Shown piece after piece: positions 27,291 through 36,639 of a stretch of DNA of 59,314 nucleotides. Each line of letters begins with the position of its first letter. Position 1 is the first letter of the stretch. The notes beneath the pieces are model-generated. The model had not been told where the DNA came from. It searched no databases and saw only the letters and a list, made by a program, of their open reading frames with translations. Origin of the DNA: a virus (Duplodnaviria > Caudoviricetes); IMG/VR virus record IMGVR_UViG_3300008267_000206, positions 1 through 59,314 of that record; one strand, given 5' to 3'. The translations under genes were made by a program, and so were the position numbers.

Positions 27291-29347
27291 CTAATATTAT
27301 CTTCTTTTTTAATTTTAATTACGTTGTCCGCCCAATTTGTAACCATCGGATTATGAGTAATTAAGAAGATTTTTTCAAAATATTCCTTTATTTTACTAAA
27401 AAATTCTGACACCATATCAAGATTTTCATTAGAAATTTTACCAAAAACTTCATCAAATACTACCAAATTTGGTTTTGGTAATGAACATATTTTACTTAAA
27501 ACCGCTCTTAACGCTAATGACGCTATTGTTCTTTCATAACCTGATCCTGAAACCATTAACTTTTCATTTATCTGTGATAAGTTGTCATTTATTTTCTTGT
27601 CCGTTGAATTTTTTTCAAATTCAAGTTCGTCTAACCTAACATTAGCCTTCATTAACAATGAACTTATCTTAGCATTTTCCGCGATTTTGTCTTGGACTTC
27701 GTAATATTTTTTTAATTTTTCATTTAAGGAGTCGACTTTTAATTGAAACGATTCAATACTTAGTTCATATTTTTCTTTAATAAGTTTGTTCTTTTCATAC
27801 TCATCAAACTCTTTTTTAAGTTTAACAAACTCAATATCTTTGCGTGATAAATCCTGCATTAACCCTTCAATTTGGGTTTTATGCACGATAAATCCTGCAA
27901 GTTCATTAATTTTGTTTTGAGTAATAGCGGCGTTCATTAACTCAATACCACAATGTTCACATTTAATACCACCACTAACCGACTCTTGAAGTTTCTCAAT
28001 ATCTTTTATCTTTGTTTCAACCTCTATCTTATTTTTAAGTTGGATGTTATACTCTTCCTTAACTTTATCGTGTTTATCTTCGTGATAAAATTCTGATGGT
28101 TCAACTACTTTTAATTCTTTTAGAAGTTTTTCAGTAGAATCTTTTTTGGAATCGAGACCTTTAATCTCTTCTTTAATTTCTTCAGGTTTTAAAAGACTAA
28201 TTTCTTTGTCAATGTCATCGTTCTTTTTACTTAACAACTGGTCACGATATTCTTTACCTTTATCTAGTCTTTCTTTAATATCCTTTAAATTATTATTCAA
28301 TTCATCATTTGAATTTTTTAACTCAATTATGTTGTTTTCAAATGTCTCATTATCTGATTTTAATTTTTCACTACTATAAACATTCGATATCATTGATTTT
28401 GAGAATTCTGAATAAAGTTCTTTACCGACCTCCTCTTTTCTTTTTAAGAAGTCTAACCCCATAAACCTAGATAATACCTGTCCTCTTGCAGTAGGTTTTG
28501 AATCGATTAAATCTTCAAGATTTGTTGCAGTTGTTAAGATAGTCATTAAAAAATCTTCTTTAGAACCAATAGAAGTTTTGATAAATTCCTCAGTTTCTCT
28601 TCTTTGTTCCCCTGTGAAGTTTTGTAAAGACCCATCGGATAACTTTTTAAAGAAATCCAATTCGGTCTTTACACTCCATTCGTTTGATTTTGATTTTTTT
28701 CTCTCTAATTGTCTTACTATGATATATTCTTCACCATCAATAGTAATCTCACCTTTAACAAAAACCTTATTCTTGTCTGTAAATCTATTAAAGATTTCTT
28801 CTGCTTTAGTTGTCTTTGTGGTTTCATTAAAGAAAAGAAAAAGTAATAGGTCAACCGTTAGAACCGTCTTACCTCCAAAGTTAGGCGGATTAGACTCTAC
28901 AACATTTATCCCACTACATTTATCAAAATCTATTTTTTGATTTTCACCATAAGATAAGAAGTTTGAAAACTCAATGTTTTTAATATACCATTTTTTAAAT
29001 GGTGTTGCCTCATTATCTTCTAAAGATATTTTATTATCGACTAAAGAATCTATCTTAACAATCTCGTCAATTAAATCTTCATTACCCTTAGATATTAGAT
29101 ACGATTTAACCAATTCAAGTTGGTAATTCTTATCGAGAATATTAAAAGAGATATCAACATTGGTATTTTCAGTTTCCTCACTTTTTTTTGTCTTTGTTAT
29201 TACATTAACATTAGTTGAGTTGTATTTTTTCTGAAAATAGTGTCTAACACTTTTAATCTTTTCTTGTGTAAAATTTTCTGAATAATCTTCCCAAATAACT
29301 CGAATATAGGGATTATCTAAAGTCGTATAGTCCAATTCTTTACTCAT
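27275..29347 (-). CDS. sbcC: SbcC/Rad50/gp46-like ATPase with N-terminal extension (start uncertain; ATG 29347 used)
   Basis: NFLSY, NFGGKT Walker A, CEHC hook, SGYE signature, FDEVFG Walker B, ITHN. Confidence 0.9.
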   Translation of the reverse strand: MSKELDYTTLDNPYIRVIWEDYSENFTQEKIKSVRHYFQKKYNSTNVNVITKTKKSEETENTNVDISFNILDKNYQLELVKSYLISKGNEDLIDEIVKIDSLVDNKISLEDNEATPFKKWYIKNIEFSNFLSYGENQKIDFDKCSGINVVESNPPNFGGKTVLTVDLLLFLFFNETTKTTKAEEIFNRFTDKNKVFVKGEITIDGEEYIIVRQLERKKSKSNEWSVKTELDFFKKLSDGSLQNFTGEQRRETEEFIKTSIGSKEDFLMTILTTATNLEDLIDSKPTARGQVLSRFMGLDFLKRKEEVGKELYSEFSKSMISNVYSSEKLKSDNETFENNIIELKNSNDELNNNLKDIKERLDKGKEYRDQLLSKKNDDIDKEISLLKPEEIKEEIKGLDSKKDSTEKLLKELKVVEPSEFYHEDKHDKVKEEYNIQLKNKIEVETKIKDIEKLQESVSGGIKCEHCGIELMNAAITQNKINELAGFIVHKTQIEGLMQDLSRKDIEFVKLKKEFDEYEKNKLIKEKYELSIESFQLKVDSLNEKLKKYYEVQDKIAENAKISSLLMKANVRLDELEFEKNSTDKKINDNLSQINEKLMVSGSGYERTIASLALRAVLSKICSLPKPNLVVFDEVFGKISNENLDMVSEFFSKIKEYFEKIFLITHNPMVTNWADNVIKIKKEDNISLVIQ

Positions 29348-29384
29348 TATCTTATAATTAAATTCAACAGGTTTTAAAAACAAA

Positions 29385-29609
29385 TTAAGCTGATTCGGAT
29401 CCTTCTGTTGCTTGTGTTTCTTCAGTCGTTTCATCTTTAGACTTGGCCGATTCTTGCTCCATTTTCTCTTTGAGTAATGTCATTTGTTCTTCAAGTAATT
29501 TGTTATACTTCTTCTCAAATTGTTTTTTCATAAGTCCCATTTTTTCGTTTCTTTTCTGAACTCTTTTTCTGTGAGCCTTAGCCCCTCCTCTTAATCTTGA
29601 TTTTGCCAT
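29385..29609 (-). CDS. Small protein with Arg/Lys-rich N-terminus and acidic tail
   Basis: MAKSRLRGGAKAHRKRVQKRN... Confidence 0.75.
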   Translation of the reverse strand: MAKSRLRGGAKAHRKRVQKRNEKMGLMKKQFEKKYNKLLEEQMTLLKEKMEQESAKSKDETTEETQATEGSESA

Positions 29610-29620
29610 CTTATTTATAT

Positions 29621-29971
29621 TTAGTTGTTATTATTTGGTCTATTTTCTTCAAACCATTCAATTATTGAGTTTATCCCCCATACCGCTCCCGATGCTAACA
29701 TTCCGTCTAAGAATATTGAATACCATTGATTTGTCCCTATTAAACTATGTGAAGGTGAGTAAAATGTTAAAGATAGAAAGAATCCCACCCAAGTAGAACA
29801 ACACATCATACAGGAGGTCAAATCGGATAAAAACCTAAAAAACACACTAAAAATTGAGTTGGTGTTATACCCAAGATGTTTAACATAATCTCTTGGGGAT
29901 TGAAATATTGAACCGTAAACAAGTATGTTCGACATTCCATAAGCAATTAAAATCCAAATTAAAATATTCAT
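29621..29971 (-). CDS. DUF1360-like membrane protein
   Basis: TM helices with SCMMCCSTWVG (CxxCxSxW). Confidence 0.65.
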   Translation of the reverse strand: MNILIWILIAYGMSNILVYGSIFQSPRDYVKHLGYNTNSIFSVFFRFLSDLTSCMMCCSTWVGFFLSLTFYSPSHSLIGTNQWYSIFLDGMLASGAVWGINSIIEWFEENRPNNNN

Positions 29972-29973
29972 AA

Positions 29974-30609
29974 TTAATCTTTATATAAGTTGGAGCCTCT
30001 CATATACACAGCTCCTTGGTTTATTGTTAAATTTTCTAATTGTTTTATTTTTTCTTCAAGTTCACTAATCTTTTGAGTTTTCAAAGTTAGTTCTTTTTTC
30101 TGATTCAACAAAGTATTTTGCAACATTTTTATTTTTTCATCCGAATCATTACTAGGAACTTCTTTTATTATTTCCTTAATAACCTCTTTTTCTACAGGAA
30201 CTTCAACTATTTTCTCAACTTCTTTAATTACTTCTTTCTCTATGATTTGAGGTTCACTTTTGTCGTAAATATATTCTATTTTTGAGACAATTTTTTCAAC
30301 AGGAATTTCCTTGATAACCTCTCTATCAACATATTTTATCACCTCAACCTCTTTAATTGTTTCAACAATTCTATCGACAGGAATTTCAACTATTTTCTCA
30401 ACTTCAACAATTTTTTCCACAACTTCAGGTTCTACTTGGGGTGGTGTTTCTCCACCTAACATTCCGTATTTTTGAATGTCAAACCCTTGTTTAAAACATT
30501 TATTAACAAACGAGTTCATATCAATTATCTGATTAAGATAACAATAATCATAAACTTCTTTAAAGTTTTTTATCTCTAAATTAAATGTTTGCGAGTTTTT
30601 CTTTTCCAT
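29974..30609 (-). CDS. Protein with EKIVEVP/IKEV repeats and coiled coil
   Basis: Many imperfect V/I-E/K alternating repeats. Confidence 0.75.
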   Translation of the reverse strand: MEKKNSQTFNLEIKNFKEVYDYCYLNQIIDMNSFVNKCFKQGFDIQKYGMLGGETPPQVEPEVVEKIVEVEKIVEIPVDRIVETIKEVEVIKYVDREVIKEIPVEKIVSKIEYIYDKSEPQIIEKEVIKEVEKIVEVPVEKEVIKEIIKEVPSNDSDEKIKMLQNTLLNQKKELTLKTQKISELEEKIKQLENLTINQGAVYMRGSNLYKD

Positions 30610-31363
30610 TTATAATATCATCAAAAGAATTTATATTAAATGATAGGAATGGTTTCGGATTGGATAAATTTCTTGTTTCATAATTTAATGTCTGAATATC
30701 CAATATACCATACCCGTGATTATGTATATCTTCTCCATAGTTTTGTTGTATTACCGAACCAATCATTTCTCCTTTCTTACCGTTAGGTATTGTGAAACTA
30801 CTTCTTTTGTGAATGTCTCCACATAATACAATGTCAAGTCCTTTAAACTTTTCAACATCATATGCGTGGTCTCCAAAATCATAACCTAAATCAGTTTTAA
30901 GTCCTTGGACAGGTCCGTGAAATAATCCAACTTTAACACCTTTAGCTTCTGATATTTCTGGAGGTATATTCCCTTGAAACTGGGAATACACGCACCAAGA
31001 AACATTTTCATCCTCATAGATACCCCTATCTTTGTAATAAACTACATTTGGGTTTTTCATTGATTCAACGATTGGTGTTATACTATCAAGTCTTTGATTG
31101 TTATTAACAAGCCCATCGTGATTTCCGAAAATTAATATTGTTTTAGTAATCTTAGAACATTCATTTAATAACCAAACCGAAATTTCAATTAATTCAGGTG
31201 TAAGTTGATTTTTAGAATGTAATAAATCGCCAGTAAACAATATCCTATCAGGATTTATCTCTCTAAACTGATTTAACATATCGGTTAATATTTTACGATA
31301 CAAATCGTGATCCTTAAATAACCTCAAATGTAAATCTGAGAAGTGAACAATTTTTTTAATCAT
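30581..31363 (-). CDS. sbcD: SbcD/Mre11/gp47-like metallophosphoesterase (core only)
   Basis: SDLH, TGDL, GNHD, FHG, GDIH, GS..QQNYGE. Confidence 0.88.
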   Translation of the reverse strand: MIKKIVHFSDLHLRLFKDHDLYRKILTDMLNQFREINPDRILFTGDLLHSKNQLTPELIEISVWLLNECSKITKTILIFGNHDGLVNNNQRLDSITPIVESMKNPNVVYYKDRGIYEDENVSWCVYSQFQGNIPPEISEAKGVKVGLFHGPVQGLKTDLGYDFGDHAYDVEKFKGLDIVLCGDIHKRSSFTIPNGKKGEMIGSVIQQNYGEDIHNHGYGILDIQTLNYETRNLSNPKPFLSFNINSFDDIINGKEKLANI

Positions 31364-31368
31364 AAATT

Positions 31369-31584
31369 TTAGAATAATTCAAAATCTTTGTTAACGTGAC
31401 CACAACTATTACACATATAAGTTGGGAATGGTACTAACGTATCTTCACTACTTCCTGTCATTAATTTTGAAACTTTTTTAATTAAAACAACTTCTTTAAA
31501 GAATTTTGACCCACAATCAGGGTTTTCGCAAACAACGGTTGGTTGTTCTTTTAAATCAATTTTTGGTCCTCCTATATTTTCCAT
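31369..31584 (-). CDS. Zinc-ribbon protein
   Basis: CENPDC..CNSCGH. Confidence 0.75.
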   Translation of the reverse strand: MENIGGPKIDLKEQPTVVCENPDCGSKFFKEVVLIKKVSKLMTGSSEDTLVPFPTYMCNSCGHVNKDFELF

Positions 31585-31588
31585 AACA

Positions 31589-31620
31589 CAAATATATAAA
31601 TTTATTTCTTGGTTGTCAAA
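31589..31620 (-). promoter_or_regulatory. Bacteroidota primary-sigma promoter
   Basis: TTTG-N20-TATATTTG immediately before ATG 31584. Confidence 0.7.
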
Positions 31621-32465
31621 TATTTTTTAACGTCCATATCTAATACGGTACCTACAACTTCTTTAGGAACTCTGTATTCTTCAAATTGTGAATCATCTTT
31701 TAAATGAACAATAATACAACCATATAATTTTTTATCTTCAAATTTTGTTCCTTTTAACATTTTAAGTAATAATTTTCCGTATAATGGTAACTGAACAAAA
31801 TAATGACCTAAAGCATTATTTGGTTGATTGGTAAATGGATAATACATTCTTTTAGTAAACTGATTTTCCTCAAAATTTTTCTTTTTGTTTGTTTTGTAAT
31901 CTGTAATTATAAAACCCCAATCATCATTTGTTTTATTTTTAATTAACCAAGCAGTATCTCCCTGTCCGGTATACCCAAGTTCAGGATCACCCAAAACAAT
32001 CTCAGTATCTAATAAAACCGCACCACGTTCTTTCATTAAATTAAGGAAGTTAGTTCCCGCATGAATCATAGAATCACTTTTTAGTATTTGAGTAAAATCA
32101 CACTCAAATATCGGTTCTCTCACTTCTTTACTATAATCAAAAATTTCTAAGGACTTCTTTTCCAACATATAGTGAGTTCTGCTACCCATATTAGTTGAGT
32201 ATGTTCCCGCTTCAGCCCATTCCTTAATTAACTTTTCTTTTAAAACAGGGTCTCCCTTACTTTTCTTTTCAGCCGCTTCATCAGTTGGGAATTCTTTGTA
32301 GAAGGATTTTAAAACCTTTGATACTGAAGGCCAGTCACTTTTAATCACACCTTCAGTATTTTTCATAGTGTATTTATGTAACTCTTCCTCAAATATAAGG
32401 TTTAGGTCGTTTCTTCTTTTTTCTAAAATATCCCTAATTTCTTGGGAAATAATTTTTAAATCCAT
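31602..32465 (-). CDS. PD-(D/E)XK exonuclease
   Basis: PSVS, GSRTH, TE, GQGD, ITDYKT, QLPLY. Confidence 0.85.
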   Translation of the reverse strand: MDLKIISQEIRDILEKRRNDLNLIFEEELHKYTMKNTEGVIKSDWPSVSKVLKSFYKEFPTDEAAEKKSKGDPVLKEKLIKEWAEAGTYSTNMGSRTHYMLEKKSLEIFDYSKEVREPIFECDFTQILKSDSMIHAGTNFLNLMKERGAVLLDTEIVLGDPELGYTGQGDTAWLIKNKTNDDWGFIITDYKTNKKKNFEENQFTKRMYYPFTNQPNNALGHYFVQLPLYGKLLLKMLKGTKFEDKKLYGCIIVHLKDDSQFEEYRVPKEVVGTVLDMDVKKYLTTKK

Positions 32466-33370
32466 TAGTCTTTAATATTAACATAGTATTCGTCAATTTT
32501 ACCTTTTAAGTCGCATATGTCCTTATCTTCGGGTAATTTCAATATTTTTATTTTTCCGTATAGTTTACCACCATTTAAAGTTCTGTATATCTTAACCGCA
32601 TCTTTAAACGCATCACCATCCAAAGCAACTATAATGAATCCATTTGATTTAGTATATATTGAGTTAAAAAGTAAATCACTCATATGTTTACCCAACATAG
32701 CAATACTATTATCCAAGAAGAATGAGTCAAATACCCCTTCAACTAAATAAATGTCTTTATTCCAATCAATTAACCTTTCATTGAAAATTATTTTGTCTTT
32801 TTCTTCTTGCGGATTTTTGTATTTGGCTCGCGATTTTGGATCCCAACTTCTGGCAATATAATAATTTAATTCATCCTCATTATTATATGAAGGGACAACT
32901 ATTCTGCCCGAATGAGAACCAATATCACAGAAACCTATACCATATTTTTCAATGATATCGTCAGTAATACCTCTATTTTTTAAGTAGTTATAGGCCTGTC
33001 TTCTTACAGGATATATTGGACTTGATTCTGAAAATTTAACAAATGATTCAGGTAATCTTAATTTAGGTTTTTTAACTTCCCTAATTGTTGTTTCTTCAGG
33101 TTTAAATACGGAATATATTTTTTTTTGTTTTTTATTCGCATATTGGTCTATTAATTTACCCAAAGGACCTTTCATTTCATTAACATCACCACAACTCCAA
33201 CATTTGAATACGTGTTGATTATAATTTATTTCTAAATTACCTTTATTTTTATCATAGTCACATACAGGACAATTAAATGCTATTTGACCTTTATTTCGAT
33301 AATGTTGTTTTTCTTTACCAAAAAGGTCTTGTAATAACTCAACAATTATTTCTCCATCATCTTCCATCAC
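32465..33370 (-). CDS. dnaG: DNA primase (Zn finger + TOPRIM)
   Basis: CPVC..CWSC, YLKNRG, KYKNP, VEGVFD, LDGD, KDI. Confidence 0.9.
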   Translation of the reverse strand: MMEDDGEIIVELLQDLFGKEKQHYRNKGQIAFNCPVCDYDKNKGNLEINYNQHVFKCWSCGDVNEMKGPLGKLIDQYANKKQKKIYSVFKPEETTIREVKKPKLRLPESFVKFSESSPIYPVRRQAYNYLKNRGITDDIIEKYGIGFCDIGSHSGRIVVPSYNNEDELNYYIARSWDPKSRAKYKNPQEEKDKIIFNERLIDWNKDIYLVEGVFDSFFLDNSIAMLGKHMSDLLFNSIYTKSNGFIIVALDGDAFKDAVKIYRTLNGGKLYGKIKILKLPEDKDICDLKGKIDEYYVNIKD

Positions 33371-33427
33371 TAAAATATAGTAAAAAATATTAATATTTCA
33401 AACTTCACAAGATTTTTCATTCTTCTA

Positions 33428-33434
33428 TATTTAT
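33428..33434 (+). promoter_or_regulatory. TATTTAT putative late promoter
   Basis: 13 nt upstream of ATG 33448. Confidence 0.55.
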
Positions 33435-33447
33435 TAATGATAAATAA

Positions 33448-33672
33448 ATGCCGGTACAAATAACCATAAATTCAATAACAGGATCATCTCCATATGATGT
33501 GTATTTGTGTGACGAACCAATTACTAGTTGTTTTTATATTGATACTATAACATCGAGTTCAATACCTTATGTGTTTAATGTTCCTGCTATTGTTGAAGAT
33601 AATCCCTCATTCAATTTAAAAATCGTGGATAGTAATGAGTGTGAATTTTATACGAATTTAATAGTTAGCTAA
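33448..33672 (+). CDS. Small Cys-containing beta protein, paralogous to the N-domain of 42317..43267
   Basis: ITINSITG..P..VYLC....C..I..I....P..FN.P....P...LKIV...C shared pattern. Confidence 0.75.
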   Translation: MPVQITINSITGSSPYDVYLCDEPITSCFYIDTITSSSIPYVFNVPAIVEDNPSFNLKIVDSNECEFYTNLIVS

Positions 33673-33674
33673 AT

Positions 33675-35942
33675 ATGGTAACAACAGGATGTTCATCAAC
33701 TTATTGTATACAAGGTACTAATTCCGTATGGGATGATGTTTATAGTGCTAACACAGGTTCAACGGTACCGTCATATAATGGTGAGTTATATTGGACTGGT
33801 TCAAGTAATGGTTATTTCATATATTATAAAAGTGCAACAACTCAATGGTGTTTATCAACGACTTTAGGTGGAGCTTGTTTATTATCAGGACCATCACCAT
33901 CACCTAATAGTTGTCCTAATTTATCACCATTTTTATTTAGTTCAGGTAATTGTCAATCAACTACAACAACCACAACTAATCCTTGTAATGATTTTGATTT
34001 TGAAGCGTATTTTGATTGTTATGTACCACCAACAACGACAACAACATCAACATCTACAACAACCACTACAACCACTTTACCTCCATCAATATGTTCAGGC
34101 GTTGGTGTTAACGCAATTGCCCAGTATGTTGAGCCTACCTCGACAACGACAACATCAACTACAACAATCGCTCCTATAGTTAGGGATTGCGTATTTTTTG
34201 GTGATGTAACATTTACAACGGTAAGTTCAATAATAGAGTGCCCTGGTTCTGATGGTGAACCTCTTAGTGAACAATTTCAAGATTGTTATACTGGCGAATT
34301 ACTATACGCACCAATACCAATTCTAACACCTAGCGGAAATACAATAACTAAATTTATGATTTTTAGAGCAACCGTTGATGGTGTATCTAGATGTATATCT
34401 TATTTAGGTCAAAATACTTGTAATACGGGAGTTAATAACATAATTCTAAATGAAGGTCCGATAGGATATTCTAATATAGGTCAATGTGATTTATGTGTTC
34501 CTCCACCTACCACAACAACAACGACAACAATTGCCCCTCCTTGTACTTCTTGTCCTGAAGGTTATGTTTTATTACCTGACGGATTTACTTGTGAAAAGAT
34601 TTTAGTTGAGTTGGCAACTCCACCGTTAAATCCAAGAATAATTGGTGTTAATTATGAAGATTATCCGGCAACATATGGCGGGGATGGGGGTTTAATAGTT
34701 TATGAAGAAATAACAAATAAGGGATGGCCTATTTTTGGTTTACCCAATAGACAAATACCTGTTTATTCACCACCATCAAATAATGATGCTAGTTTAAATA
34801 GTTTATCAATAATACCTAATAGTGGTTATACTAATCAAGGTGTTCTTTATACCTCGTTATCCCCATCATCATTACCCAATACCCCTCACGCTTCTTTGGA
34901 TTATCCATCAGGTTATTGGCCGGTAAGTCCTTGGCCTCCAACCAATAACCCACCAAATATACCTAATTTGTCCGGTTCTGTAACTCACGAAAGTTTATCT
35001 TATTTGTCGGAAAGTATTGTTATATCAAATGTTTTAAGCCTTGGTAGTGGTAGTTCTGTTAATATAGAATATAATAGACTAGATGGAATAAGTTTATTGT
35101 GGGGTAAGTCCAGTGTTCCAAATTCTTGGTCGTCAACCGTTGGTATTTGGTCAGACGCTCCCTCACCATATAACTCAAACCCTATTTATACATTGTCCAA
35201 TAGTTGGATTGGTATAACCCAATGTGTAACAATAGAGGAAGAAAAAAAATACTACTTATTGATAAATGCCAATAACTCTTTTAGACTCACTATTAACGGA
35301 TTATTGTCGGTTGAGATTAATAATGGTGATGGTGGAAAACAACCTTTAAAATTTGTAAATTGTTTTCCGATAACGTTACCCGCAGGAACTTCAACAATAT
35401 CTGTTGAGGCCGGTAATTATAGTGCCGGAGGTAATTTAGCGTTTGAATTATTAGATATTCCATTAGACATTTTATTATCCGCTTCAACATATTCTTCAAT
35501 AGAACCATATGTTTTATATTCAACCAAACAAAAAAGACCTAGAGCTTTCGACATTAACTTTATTAGTGGTAGCACAACCATAACTTCATCAGGTGAATTT
35601 TTACCGACAGATGTTGGTGGATTTGTTCAATTTCCTTCTTTTGTTTATTCCGGAACATATATTACGGAAGTTATAGATTCGAATACCGCAATAATTAATT
35701 CAGGTGCAACTGCAACAGGTTTAGGTTTATCGGGTAATACGAATGGACCTTCAACAGGAAGAGTATATTTTATATTCGATACCGGACAATTATTCGCTAG
35801 TGGTTTACCTCAAGGATTTACTTGTCCTGCGGGTTATACGTATGTAAATTGTGGAGGACCTACTTGTCTATCAATATCAAGAGTTTTTTGTCCGTCAATA
35901 CCCACCACAACAACAAGCACAACAACGATAGGTATTATATAA
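33675..35942 (+). CDS. Cys/Thr-rich appendage protein with PA14-like domain
   Basis: Five poly-Thr tracts; ANNSFRLTING..PITLPAG..ISVE PA14-like pattern. Confidence 0.65.
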   Translation: MVTTGCSSTYCIQGTNSVWDDVYSANTGSTVPSYNGELYWTGSSNGYFIYYKSATTQWCLSTTLGGACLLSGPSPSPNSCPNLSPFLFSSGNCQSTTTTTTNPCNDFDFEAYFDCYVPPTTTTTSTSTTTTTTTLPPSICSGVGVNAIAQYVEPTSTTTTSTTTIAPIVRDCVFFGDVTFTTVSSIIECPGSDGEPLSEQFQDCYTGELLYAPIPILTPSGNTITKFMIFRATVDGVSRCISYLGQNTCNTGVNNIILNEGPIGYSNIGQCDLCVPPPTTTTTTTIAPPCTSCPEGYVLLPDGFTCEKILVELATPPLNPRIIGVNYEDYPATYGGDGGLIVYEEITNKGWPIFGLPNRQIPVYSPPSNNDASLNSLSIIPNSGYTNQGVLYTSLSPSSLPNTPHASLDYPSGYWPVSPWPPTNNPPNIPNLSGSVTHESLSYLSESIVISNVLSLGSGSSVNIEYNRLDGISLLWGKSSVPNSWSSTVGIWSDAPSPYNSNPIYTLSNSWIGITQCVTIEEEKKYYLLINANNSFRLTINGLLSVEINNGDGGKQPLKFVNCFPITLPAGTSTISVEAGNYSAGGNLAFELLDIPLDILLSASTYSSIEPYVLYSTKQKRPRAFDINFISGSTTITSSGEFLPTDVGGFVQFPSFVYSGTYITEVIDSNTAIINSGATATGLGLSGNTNGPSTGRVYFIFDTGQLFASGLPQGFTCPAGYTYVNCGGPTCLSISRVFCPSIPTTTTSTTTIGII

Positions 35943-35987
35943 TAATCTTATCCTGTAAACAGAATTCACAAATTGTAATAATACTAA

Positions 35988-36014
35988 TTTTTACCGATTT
36001 TAAATCGGTATTTT
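35988..36014. terminator. Hairpin between convergent genes
   Basis: taccgatt-tta-aatcggta followed by tttt. Confidence 0.6.
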
Positions 36015-36038
36015 AAATAAATTAATTAAAAATAATGA

Positions 36039-36638
36039 TTACCAAATTTTTTCTTGTTTCATATAACCAAGAACACAACAATAAGCGTCAGATTGGTCAA
36101 AATTCTCTTTTTTAAGAGTGTTGTTTTTGGTATATTGCCATTGTATTTGAGGTTCTCTTTTGGCAACCAACTCCCAAATGATTTGTTTTTTATCACAATC
36201 CTTTGGATATCCACCAAATAATACAAATTTACCCTTTTGGTTTTGTTGAACTAAATGTGGAAATGCGTTTTTTCTTGAATTATATGTTGATATAAATTCT
36301 GGGACAATTCCTAAAGTATCGTAAATTAATTTACATAAAAAACTATTAAATCTTAATAAAGTTTGTATTGTATAAATGTTATTAGAATTAAGTAAAGGCT
36401 CTTCTATAATAACTTTAGTAATCCCTAAATCAGTATATTGTATTAATTTAGTTTTAAAAATATCACTCTTTAAGAGAAGTTCTTTTATTTTATCTTCTTC
36501 TTTTGGTTTTGGTTTAGGAGAAATGTGAGTTAATTCTAATAATTCTTTAGTTTGAATATCGAATAGAGCCCAACCAATAGTGCTTGTGGAAATGTCAAGT
36601 CCTAAAACTTTAGGACTTTGCTTTAAATTTTTTTTCAT
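36039..36638 (-). CDS. ruvC: RuvC-like Holliday junction resolvase
   Basis: LGLDIS..IGWA, IIEE, DQSDA acidic motifs. Confidence 0.8.
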   Translation of the reverse strand: MKKNLKQSPKVLGLDISTSTIGWALFDIQTKELLELTHISPKPKPKEEDKIKELLLKSDIFKTKLIQYTDLGITKVIIEEPLLNSNNIYTIQTLLRFNSFLCKLIYDTLGIVPEFISTYNSRKNAFPHLVQQNQKGKFVLFGGYPKDCDKKQIIWELVAKREPQIQWQYTKNNTLKKENFDQSDAYCCVLGYMKQEKIW

Positions 36639-36639
36639 A

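Noticed and set aside
29348-29434. Track start of SbcC at 29434
   Set aside because: Overlaps the upstream gene by 50 nt; ATG 29347 or a nearby TTG is more likely
31602-36638. Cas4 or TnpB/Cas12 CRISPR-type system
   Set aside because: The nuclease lacks the four-Cys cluster, the RuvC protein is resolvase-sized, there is no array, and the context is replication
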